Shown piece after piece: positions 1-12,245 of a stretch of DNA of 64,000 nucleotides. Source of the stretch: Azolla caroliniana (taxonomy: Eukaryota > Plantae > Polypodiophyta). Positions within the stretch are counted from its first letter, which is position 1, and each line of letters starts with the position of its first letter. A program made the position numbers and the translations under genes. Location of the stretch: positions 9,548,001 through 9,612,000 of the forward strand of contig JBHGNT010000003.1 in the NCBI GenBank assembly GCA_043228905.1. The letters run 5' to 3'. The notes below the pieces were generated by a model. That model ran no database searches, was not told the DNA's origin, and saw only the letters and a program-made list of their open reading frames with translations.

Positions 1-2325
1 GACATACATGCTACAGGTGGCCAGTTGATCACCTTGTCATTTTTTTAGGAAACCTATTGGCTTCCATGCATAACTTGTTGATTTGCGTGAAGGCTATGAG
101 AAAAGACTGATGGGTCTCAGTTTAGTTTTTGACTACTGTGATAATTGTTTGTGAATGACATTCCTCATAACAGGGCTTGTTTTATTTTGTCATGTGGATG
201 TGACAGCTTTGGCGTGTACTGCAAGTCATGAAAGAAATGTTCTGATACAGATACTGAAATGTATGTATATTGAAGGTGGTATGATCATTCTTCAGTAAAT
301 ATATGCGTTTTTGTCTTCCACATGCATAATTTAAGTTTATTCCTTAACAGCTATTGCTCAAATAAGCTTCTTTACTGCTGTCAATTAGCACCAATAGAAA
401 ATGACATGTCACAAAATCTGCTACTTTTGATTGATTATATCAAAGTCTAGGGTTTAAGAAGACTTACAGATGGCCCCAATCATGATGGGAGTGTTGCTTG
501 AGATGGATCAGGAACTGTGTGAATGACGACTCATTGGGATGCTGGCATATCATGTCATAGAAACAGTTGTACTCATCCTGTACCCAGAGTTTTGGATCAA
601 ACATGTTGCCCAATGTTGCACAGAGCATAAAATGTGGGGAAACAGCCCAGTGGTGCTTGCCTCACTTTCAGAGTTGCTAGACAGGCTTGCTAAACAGGTT
701 GTGGAGGAAGTCGTCGTACAAAATGGAGGAAGTCAGTAAGAGAGGACGTGGATGGAGTGGCAAGGTGACCTTGTTGTAATAGAAACAAAGGAGTGTGGTT
801 CATGAAAGTCATCTCATGGTGATCATTGTAAATCACCTGCTGCTGCTATGAACTGAGTTACGTTGTGATGGCAAACAAGGTGGATATGGTGGTTTCAACA
901 GTTATTCTGCTCAATTTCCACTGATCTTCTGTTTTTGGTAACTGCACAATACTTATACACCACAACAATACTATGACCAGTACCACCACTATAGTCCATT
1001 GCGCAACATCAGCTTGGGCGACTCTGCCCTTTTCCTTGACTGTCACATGCTATTGATTTCTTAGCCAATTGGTTGGGCAGTTTCTTCTCAATGGCCCAAG
1101 TCACAGCCTAACCATAAAGGACTCTTAACTATTGTCTCTTTGTCTTAATTGCAAGATGCAACAATGCAAACATGACAGTAACCAGTTATTTACTCTGAAC
1201 TCTGAACATTATTCTCAAGTTTTCTCTCTTACACAGTGCTCATACTGTGATCAGTACAAAAGAATGTAGTACAAGAATGAAGAGAGTTAAACGACAAAAA
1301 CATTTTCTTTGGTGCGTTGTGATCTCACAATGTAATGTTAAAAGAGAAATGCATTGGTCAACTTGCCAATAATTGCTTTTAATTGACATGTAGGTTTTCT
1401 ATTTAACACAACCTTTATTTCCTATCCTGGCCTATGACATATGACCAAGTTATATACATTATTACCTAGGTTAGTATATAATTATATACTAACTGAGGCC
1501 AACAATCTTTTCAAGCCTTTGTGTGAGTCAGGTGGTTGTGCTAATAGTTTTAAAGCCCTTTACAGTCTTATTAATTGCTCACTGCAATTGATTCTTACCC
1601 ATAACAAACACACATACACATACCAACAAGCTCATTACCCACTGCAATTGGTTCTTATTTGTAACAAACAAGTGTAGACATTCCAACTAGCTCAGACATA
1701 CCTGACAATCAATTCTTATTCCTAGAGAATGCAAGATTGAATAAGGAACACATTTTTCCATATTGAATGTTTTTAGCAGTATTGGTATAAATACAATTCA
1801 TCAATTGTCTGGCCTTCCCTAAATTTAATTTTAAACCAGAGATGTAGTTGACACAATCTGCTGCACTAAGAAATGTGTTGAAATCCACGAAATATTGAAA
1901 TAGCCAGAAATCTTTGTTTGAATGTCCCAATATTTCAATTACCTCTACAATAAATAAGAGAGGCTGAAATAATCTCACAAAATCTTCTAGTTATTTTCAA
2001 TAAGAAAATCTTCTCTCTTTTTTTCATCTTGAAATACAAACTATGCTTTTCTCAAAATATCTCACAATACCAGAGTAAATTTGCCTCTTTAGTTGCTAAT
2101 AAATGTTGCAAGAATCATAGGTTAGCCTGCCATTCTGTTCTGTCTAGCCTTCTTCCATCATAAGACCAAATATGTGTACAGCCCCAAGGAATACTACTAA
2201 ACCTTATGTTTGGGGTTGGTTGAGAAAAAACGGACGAACGTTGGCATTCTCTTGCAACAATCCAAAAGAACAGTTCTGCAAAATGTGCAAAAGTGTACAT
2301 ATTCAGTCAATAATTAAACTACGTT

Positions 2326-5300
2326 CTACTGATGCACCTTGGGATTATTGGTGTTATTTGTCAAATGATACACTAGAATATATCTTTGTAAACCATGGTG
2401 GTCTGCAGCAAAATGTGCGTGAAATATTTTAGTTGCCTGCAAAGCCAAAGAAAATGTTGAAAGACTTTTATTTCCAGTTTAGAATCATTGAAGGAAGAAT
2501 TGTATATACACACATAATTAATTTAGGTCTTTCTTGATTTCCCATTTATATAAAACACACCTGTTCATAGCCATTGGTTTTTAAAAATGTTAAGAGCTTT
2601 TGCTCCAAAGTATCAAAGAAGACCAAGTGAGAAGGCAGCTGTATTTGATTTTTAAACATGTTAGAAACAAATTCCTCGGGTGCAGCTCGGAAACGATCCG
2701 ATTCATCAACATATCCGATTTCATCACTAGAACAAGATCAGGCTACAAGATTACCATGACTTGTGATTAGATCAATATGAAATAAGCAAAAGACCAGATA
2801 TGGCTTACCTTGGACTGCAGTCTAGGAAACTCATGGTTATGTTGACATGAAGAAAAGAATAATATGGAGTGTTATGGCAAGCCATTAAAAAATATATGCT
2901 TTCAACACGCCCATCCTGTATTTCCTTCGATAAATAATGCATGACAGCCTCGTTGCCCCTCTGCATCAACCTCATAATCTCCTTTGTTATCCCCAGAAAT
3001 CTCAAATATCTAAGTATAATTTGTTGCCAATTATTATATACTATTAGATTATTGTCAGCAAACAAACCTGATGTACTAATGACATGTACAAAGCTGTTGG
3101 AATATTAGTCAGCATCAAACCGAAAACAATCACATGTTGCCAAAACTGCTTTCTGACTTTGTGAGTTTGCATATGCTTCTTATTTGGTTTTGCTTTGCTT
3201 GATTTTCCATCTGATTTGGATTGGTTTCTTTCCTGACAAACTTGCTGAATGTGAGATAAAGCATAGCCTGCAAACATCAATCCCAATGGTAGAACTGGAA
3301 AAACGAACCTGTAAATTTCATAGTTCGACTATAAGATTTAGGTGTTTTTATATATACAAGTGAAAATAGTCCACCATTTTTATTTTTATTTAACATTTTC
3401 AGCAGAAAAGATGAACACATGGTAAAAACATAAATTCATCATGAAAGATATAATCCAGTACAGAGCATCATGAGTAAGGATATTAAAAGGACACATACAA
3501 AAAGAAAATGTAAATTTTCAACAATCTCATAAATGAAGACGCAAATCAGTTATCATCACACCTGGTTGTATACGAGCATGTTTTGATACCTTGGAAATAT
3601 TAAAAAATGTTGTTATGATTAAAGGCTCCAAAAAGCTATTTAAGAAATAATGGTAATTAGAGGCTTTACTGGAAGGCTTGAGTATTGGAAAGATTACTGA
3701 AATGAAGTGTTCTTCAGATGAAAATGGAATAGAGATGCCATGGGAACCCAGTATGAATAAATACTGCTAATTATGAGATCAATTGCACCAGAAGTTTCTC
3801 ATAGCTCGATGTGCAACAGAGATGGTTGTATACAAAGTGCACACATATATATATATATATCCAGATGCATCAAGAAATCCTAACTCTTTAATTAGAAAAC
3901 TGTCATTCCTGCTTGACAATGGTGGCTTGTGTCTCTTTCAACCTACTTCACATACTCCATCATGATTAGATAACTTGGTGCATAAAAGATGGTGACTATA
4001 TGAATTGGGGTGAGGATTCCCCTAGAGGAGATCATTAGAAGGATGGAACCAACCTTGATTCATATGCGAGCTTCTTGCAAAGACATCATGAGACCCCACG
4101 AGACCAATTCTGGATAAATCATTTCAGCCTGAATCATATCTGAGCTTCTATTCTTGAAGGCAGGGGAAGGACACATGAATGGCATGTATGGCGAATTGTG
4201 ATGGAGGCCTCACTTGATCAGCTGAAGAATTGTTTTATGATATCTAGTAGTGACTGTGGAGTAATAGAAAGAAAGAAAGAAAGATATAGAGAAGGGAAGA
4301 TCCATTCTTCCGAATTTTAGGAGTTTATGGAACCTTGTCCTTTGGCAGAATAGAGTCCCTAAATAGAGGAGCATACCTGATGGCATTATATTTAGCATCA
4401 GAGAAAAATACTTGAGCTCCCCTAAATAGAGGGGCATACTAGATGGAATTACGCATAGAATCAGAAAGAAAGAAAGATATACTAATGCCTTATTAAGAGG
4501 CCAAAATGGCCTATAAGACCAAACCAAAGATTACATCAATCTTATCCAGGACTTTCATTTTACTATACGATATCACAAAAGGTTCCATGATCACTGTTGT
4601 TGATGCACTTAATCGCATCCATGAAGTTAACATGCTTAGCTTCATTGAAATAACATCAGATCTTTATGATTGCCTTGGAGGAATGTATCCTGATGACAGT
4701 TATTTTGCAAACCATTGGGTAAAAGTTGAACATCAGATCTTTATGATCGCCTTGGAGGAACGTATCCTGATGAGAGTTATTCCACATTTTTAACGGTTTG
4801 CTCTATCATAATGGGAAGGTTTGTGTTCCAGATTTGCCTGAGGTCAACAAGGGAATTCATTTTGAATGCCACAATGCACCCTCAGCGGGCACCCTGGGAT
4901 ACATTGCACACTTGTTCTCATCTCCACACAATTCTATTGGCCTAGGATGCGTCCTAACATATATAAAATGTTGTCTCAACTTCAAGAAGAAACCAAAATA
5001 AATATAATTAAGTAAAAAAAGTAAATAGGATAAGGTGTGATTAAAGAATCTCATTATTGATACATGTAACATTCTCAGGTCAGATAGGCTGAAATTTGTC
5101 GTTGAAATATCTCTAACATAGGTCGATCCAGAATGGAAAGATCTCTTTGGGGGAGATTTACTTTTAACCCAATTCTGTTAGTTTCTCTTAAACCTTAGAA
5201 ATCTGCTATTGGGCGGTTTCATAAACTCTAAACCTATAGATCTCACGGAAATAACTAAGCCCTGTCTATATATGTTGAGCAATCTATTAAACCCAAATTT

Positions 5301-8300
5301 GTTGTTGGGCGATTTCTTAGACCCTAACCTACTGATTTATTGTAACCCCTTTGCAATGTTCTATGCGAGGGCCCACTTGTGTAGCCCTTGATTGACTTAT
5401 AACGTGCGTGATGGGGCTGGGCTAAAGCATGTTGTGATTGTTCTTCGTCAATAAGCTCGTGTAGCTGTATTGCTGTCCTTGAACAACTTCTCCATGTATC
5501 TCTCGAGTTCTAGCAAGAACAAACCCATGCATTGTTGGTTCTCATATTCCATTACTTTGCATAGTGGGCCAAGGCCTTGGTTAAAGAGACAATGATATCT
5601 CCCATCTCCTTCTTATTTCATAAAATACATACAGTGATAGATATAGTGTTCTTACTCCCTCATGACAACAGATATAGATATAGTGTTCTTTAGATTCTAC
5701 TCCCTAATGACACAATTGGCAAATTCTTCATTTAGAGGTATCGGCAATTTCTAACTAATGTGAAACGGTTCACAGCTGCCCTACACACTTCGCAGCGCAT
5801 TGGTTAAATGTATGTATATACAAGAGGGCTTGATGATGAGTCCATCCTCCAATGTGTGTAAAAAGCAAGCCTTAATATTCCTACCAAGAGATGTTGTGGG
5901 GCTGCTCCATGTTCTTCTGTTATCCAATTTGATAATATCCCAAAAGAGTGGACTCCAAACTATTATCTAAGATGAAAGGTGGATGGTTATCAGCAGCAAT
6001 CCACTGGCAAAGCATGTATACTCAGCCATTGATCATCTAGATTGTAGAACTCTTATCAGATATCTGGTCTGGTGTTCTTGATACATAAGGCACGCGTGTA
6101 AGGTGCAGGACAGAGTGACAATCTGGTAGAAATCTTCAGTGCAGCTTCAAAATTTCCTGGTCAAGTTTTTTACTAGAACATTACATTAGACTGAAAATTA
6201 TATTTCAAGGAAATCATACCCTACCTGAATTCTTTGTGCCCCAGAAGGCTGTATAGACTTAAAACCCATCCAATGATACCCGCAACTTTCCACTGTTTGG
6301 ACCACCATATCCCGAGAATTGACAATGGTGCAAATGTTAAAATCATTGCTGGAAATCCCTGTGTAAAGTACCAGTGCCATGGATGTGTACCATAATAATC
6401 TCCACCTCCACTCAGAAAATTGAACCTCAAGAAGTTGATGGGAACGAGCATCCATCTACCATACATCCACTTGTCTATAATACAGTTTGTCCCAATTGTA
6501 GCAGCACTGGCAAAAGAAACAATATTAGGAATATGTTGAAGTTCAAAAATATACAAAGTTCCATGTCATGAAAATGTTGAGGAACTTGATCAGTACCCTA
6601 TGGATAACACTTCAAGCAGAAGTTGTCCTTTCCTATCAGTCTCAAGTAGTTCAATTAACCCAATATAGATCCATAGTATTGCACTGGTAGGCCTTATAGC
6701 GCATGACAACGCAGCAAGAAAGAGAGCTATTTGGCGTGTTGTGAATGGATATGTGCATGCTTCCTTTGAAGTGGCATTCCCAGGAAGCCAGTAATACAAT
6801 GCTACCAGTGTAAGAACTGTTTCTAAGCTATTAGAGAATGTACGCACAATACAAAAGAAAGTGAACCAATTACTCAACTGGCAGAAAATCTACAATTTTA
6901 GTTGAGGAATAACAGTTTTAAATTATTAATTAGTATCAACTTTATCTGAAAATTTTAAGTTAAGATAGTAATTTCCATGATATCCTATAGTTCAATCTTG
7001 CTTCAGTTACGATGGACAGAAAATTTCATGGATCCTCCACTGGATAGAAAGCAGACACTTCAAAGGTTCTTGCATAAGACACTCATATTACTACAACATT
7101 ATTTTATTTCCATCCATAGGATACAGTCCATTGAGCTGCATTTTCTCCCCAAAATTGCTTTGCAAGTTTAAATAGGTAATAGTCCCCAACTGCTGCAAAC
7201 AAAGCTTGAAGAAGGCGTGGTGCTTTCACCTGTCCAAAAACAATGTGTTTTCAAATAACAAATGAGATTACAAAAGAAATTAAATGATATAAAGCAAATC
7301 TATTTTGCTATAAATCACAAGCATTTGGGATCCTTTGCTAGTTTTGTCATACATGATACACCATATTAAACTTCATTGTCTGCAAATCTATCAGTTATTC
7401 ATTCTTGCAACAGTGTTGGTGTCCTCCCTGTTGTATTGGATATAAAGCGTCCATGGTTGATCAAAAAAGTAGGTTTAGGCATGTTATTGATGTCATAAAT
7501 GATACATCATTGATGCACTTCACTCTATGGTAACCTATCAATTCTTCTTATAATAGCCCTCTTCATTCTTGTGCATTTACATAAGGAGTACATGGATCAT
7601 CCAAAAATAGGTTTAGGAGAAAGACAATAATTCAATTGTATAATTCTTAAAAAGAAGAGAAACATAAGTACACAAAAAATAGAAGGCAATTTAAGGGAGA
7701 AAAGAAAGAGAGACAAAGTCGAGATTTGATGCATCCCCACGGATCAGATTTTATCAATATGGCTCTCGGAGATGGAACCCTTGCATATTTTATTATTAAG
7801 ATCAAGGCATGTACTTCATACTTTTCTGAAGTGTAATAGATAGAACACCAGTGATACTTGACATTATATCTATTAGAAACCAAGAGATAGATTTATAGAA
7901 CATAGTACTGCACGCATGGATCTGTACAGGTAGAGGATCATCATAGACTTCTTCAATTAATAGCAAAGAATTACTGCTCAGATAGGAGGATTAGATCTGA
8001 TTTACAGGGCAACTAAAACCAGCCAGAGTGCTAAAAGATAGTGAAATGAAATAAAACTATGAAACCGATGAAACGATATCTAGGTGATGAGAGGTTGGTA
8101 CGATTACTAGACATACAAAGATGAGGAAAGCTCATAATCAATAGAGCCTGCAAGGGTTTCTCAAGAATGACATCAATATCCTCCATAGTAAGATGCCTAG
8201 TTAAGCATGCTCAGCGGCGCACCATGATGTTCCAAATTAGTCAATGCAATGGCAGTTTATAGTGTGAACAGATATGCATTAGAGATTGTTGAGAATGATC

Positions 8301-10228
8301 AGGATGGATGAATCAATATCCTAGATTTCCTCATGAGGGATGCTGTGGAGGTGCAGCCAGGTGTGGTGTTGATGACACGTCTTGATGGCTGATCCCTTTG
8401 AAGAAGCCAGTGATCTGTTGTTGGGTAGTATCCCCGCGGGTGGGTCCACCTCTCATGATGACAGCCTCTCTTTTAAGTTTATGAAAAGAAGATGAAAAGC
8501 AAACCAGACAGTAAATAATCAGATCCTTACACAAAGAAACACAAGATAATTGAGATGCCTAAAGCCCGAAAAAACTGCCTAGCTTTTCCTCTCCAATTGC
8601 CATTTTCTTGCAGACACGAGAGTGATCATTGATGTTACTTCCCAGAATTTCTGCCCCCTCTGGCTTGAACATATGTAATCGTTTCAAAATTATATGCATC
8701 ATTGGTTTTTATTTTGATTCTTTCTTTATTTCAGTTGAATGCAAGCAGGCAAAAACAGTGGATATTTGCTAGTAAATGAACTTGACAACCCCTTTTCTTT
8801 TGTGAGAATACACCTTATGTTTCAAGTTCTTGGATTTTGACAGTTTGACAATGGCCATTCGCAAAAAAGAAGTCTTTGATGTATCAAGACATAAAATCAC
8901 ACTCATGACACAATATCTCATATGTGAGGATACACCTTATGTTCATCATCGGTTTTTATTTTGATTCTTTCTTTCATTTCAGTTGAATGCAAGCAGGCAA
9001 AAACAGTGGATATTTGCTAGTAAATGAACTTGACAACCCCTTTTCTTTTTGTGAGAATACACCTTATGTTTCAAGTTCTTGGATTTTGACAGTTTGACAA
9101 TGGTCATTCGCAAAAACGAAGTCTTTGATGTATGAAGAAATAAGATCATATACTCATGACACAATATCTCATATGTCATACAAAATACCATATCACTACG
9201 TTCAGTTTACCTTTGAAAAGGATGGAGAATCACTGTTAATCTAGAATTAAAAAAATTAACACAAGGAAAGTTATACCACCAACCACCGTGTGTCCAGACC
9301 CAAGAGTTGTAGAACTTTGTAAAGGCTTGCAAAGATCAAAGGATGGATATAACTTCGAATTCCTTTAGTCCATTCCCAAGTTAAATGGCCATACCTTCAA
9401 GCATTGCATAGAAATATCAATTTGTGAACAAGCTAGTGAAAGAAATGTCTTCCTATCCATAAGAACCAGTCTAGGCTAGCAAAATGATAGAAACCAAACT
9501 TGATGAAAGAAGAACCAAACGATTACTATGAATTAATTAGAACTAAAAGAAACTTAAAACAATCAAATAAAGAAATGGCATGAACTTTATGATCATACAC
9601 ACAAACCAAAGTCTTTTCATTTTTAATCCATCCAGAGAATTACAACTTCCAAAATGAAAGCTACAAACTTCATGTTTAATAAACAAAATGATGATAAATG
9701 TGAATGCAAAACTTAAAAGTTTAAACCTTGCCATTTCCTGAAACAAGGAAAGAACTAATTCCCTTTATCTGAAAGCTTCGGAACTATAATTAAAATTAGA
9801 AATAACTTTTGAATTTCAAAATATGTATACCCATTCAAGATAAAGAACTCAGTTTCTCGACATACTAGAAAACTTCTCAGTTCTTTCATACCAATGAATT
9901 TATGATATTTCCTCTCTTTTTCACGACTTTTTATACATTTAATACCAATACATGTTTTCAGTTTTTAAAGAAGAAAACGCTTTTCCTTTCTTTTTCCGAC
10001 ATACCCAAAAGTGATGCGATGCGCTACCTCCACGGATTGCCAATATTCATCTGGATTGAAGAAGGTCTGAAGAAGCAGAGCATTAAGCAATCGGAATATG
10101 ATACAACCTACAAGAATCTTTCGATCGATGATCCACGAGAAACTGTCCCCAGGGAAGGAATCTTTTTGTCGATCCCAATCAGATTCGTGTTGCTGACCTC
10201 CATTCTGTCGAATCACCCGATGCTTCAT
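2326..10228 (-). CDS. PIGB: GPI mannosyltransferase 3 (PIG-B / APTG1 ortholog), 9 coding exons, 563 aa
   Basis: Exons 10228-10005, 9394-9277, 7229-7125, 6889-6597, 6506-6225, 3308-3068, 2960-2809, 2726-2561, 2436-2326. All introns are GT-AG and the total is 1692 nt in frame. GT22/PIG-B motifs: [93 protein letters not shown]. Confidence 0.95.
4500..4975 (+). mobile_element. Degenerate Gypsy fragment (RNase H end and integrase Zn-binding region) in PIG-B intron 5
   Basis: Frameshifted remnants [44 protein letters not shown] and FYWPRMR match the RNaseH-tail/H2C2 integrase pattern. Confidence 0.7.
8697..9175. repeat. ~230-bp tandem duplication in PIG-B intron 2
   Basis: 8697-8925 and 8944-9175 are near-identical, separated by an 18-nt filler. 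Confidence 0.9.
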
Positions 10229-10580
10229 TGAAGGGAGAATCTGAAATGTAAAATTCTCGTCCAAGCAAGGCCTATTATCTTCTTTCCTGTGTGAGGAATT
10301 CGTTGTCCAGAAAACAAACAAAATGTGACTCTTAGTTGTGTGTGGAATTTGAATTGAGCAAGAAAGGGAACTCCCCAACTGTCAAGACATGTTCCTCTTC
10401 CTTTGATGAACTTAAAAGGTGATCCCAAACCATCGAAAGGGAAGCAAGGCCCTTTGACAAGATGATCCTGCCTCTCAGGAGAAACGAAACGCCCAAGAGA
10501 CTCTACTGGACTGGGCCTGATGAGGAGCAGTGCATGCTCCTCCAATTGGAGCAGAAGGTGTAAGGCAATGGGTTGAATTC

Positions 10581-10792
10581 ATATACATATATATGGTATG
10601 TGTATATATGTATATTTGTATATGTATATATACGTGTATAATATATATACGTATATGTATATGTATAAATATATATGTAAATGTATATTTGTATATGTAT
10701 ATGTATATACGTATATTTGTATATGTATATGTATATACGTATATTTGTATATGTATATATATATACGTATATTTGCATATATATATATATAT
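10581..10792. repeat. Compound (TA/TG)n microsatellite
   Basis: Directly visible alternating purine-pyrimidine tract with recurring TATACGTATATTTGTATATG units. Confidence 0.95.
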
Positions 10793-11822
10793 GTGAGCTA
10801 CCGTCTCCGAAGAATTTGATGTGTGTCGCAAACGGTATGTTTGTGGTCCAATGCGTGCCAAAACCGTGTAGGGTCCTAACCATCTATGCATGAATGATTC
10901 GCAAAGTCCGATCTTGCGAATCGGGCAGTATACTCGGACTGTTTCTCCTATTTGTAGCTCGAGCGGTGTGTGAGAAGCGTCGAAATGCTTTTTCTGTCAT
11001 TGTTGGGCCATGCGCAGGTTGTGTTGGATTGCACGTCGCAATAGTGGCTGATGCGTTTGGAGGTGCAACCACCATTCGGTTGCGTCTGTGCGGCGAGGTT
11101 GGGCTTTTATGACATGTATATCTGGTGGCAACCGTGGATTGCGACCATACAATGCCCAAAAAGGGATGATGCGAGTAGATTCATGTACTGAGGTATTGTA
11201 TGCATGAACAACAAAGGGTAGAACCTGATCCCATGATTGGTGTAATGGATCCACATATGCTGAGATTACTTGTTTAATTGTTCGATTTAGGTGTTCGGTG
11301 AGCCCGTTAGACTGCGGATGGTACGACGATGTGAAGATTTGTGTGATGCCCAAACTGTGGCTAAGTATGTGAATAACCTCACTGCGGAATTGTGATCCTT
11401 GCTTTGACAAAAGTTGGCGTGGGCAACCATGGGGAAAAATAACTCGTTGAAGTAGTGCATGCGACCGAGTTAGTTGTGGCATTAGATAGGGCAATCGCCT
11501 CACACCAGTGGGTTAGGTATTCAATAATCACCAAAATGTATTTATTGCCATGAATCGATGTAGGGAAAGGGCCCATTAGGTCCCATCCCACCAACTCGAA
11601 GGGCTTGGTGACTTCTATGGGGTGTAATGTCTCGTATGATTGTTGAGGAGCCTTCATTGATTGACACGTTGGGCATGCTTTCAGGAATTGGGAGACGGAT
11701 TGACGAAACTTGAGCCAATAGTAGAGGGATCGAATGCGATGTACCAACTTATGGAATCCAAAGTGCCCGGTGAGTTGACTGTTGTGGTAGAACTCAAGAT
11801 AGCTTGGACGAAGAGCCTCTGG

Positions 11823-12245
11823 TGTTGAGAAACAAGCTCAACAAAAGCATATTATGCTTATTGGGAAATAAGATCTTCTAAAGTAGCTATTAGGAAATTA
11901 GCTACTAGTGGACATATAAGTAAAACAACTATTTAGCTACTCACAACTATTTAGCTAGTCACAACTAATTAGCTACTCATAGCTAATTAGCTGAATATGT
12001 AAGTCACTTATATACTTAGGTAAAAAATGTAAGAGAGAGATGTAAAAGAGTAGTGAGAGAGAGAAAGAGAAGAAAAACAGAAAATTGACGAGAGAGGTTT
12101 TCACTGCGTGTAATGAAATTCAAGCTTTTGGGTTGCTATAGAGGTAAGTCTCCTTCCCCCTTCCTTTTCTGTCTTGAGCACACTAAATGATCTAGCACAT
12201 CACGATCCACTGTGCATTAAGAAGAGCCGGAGCGCCTTTGTAACA
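11823..12245 (+). repeat. 5' LTR of Copia-A
   Basis: Direct repeat of 16687-17107; about 22 substitutions and 2 indels counted by eye. Confidence 0.95.

Noticed and set aside
1-2000. Possible degenerate retroelement (Zn-knuckle-like remnants on minus, ~600-1040) and short ORFs
   Set aside because: Too decayed to support a call by eye.
5760-6100. Possible Copia RT relic in PIG-B intron 5
   Set aside because: Only vague motif resemblance; it needs a translated search.
10475-10893. Y/I/H/T-rich ORFs on both strands
   Set aside because: These are translations of the TA/TG microsatellite.
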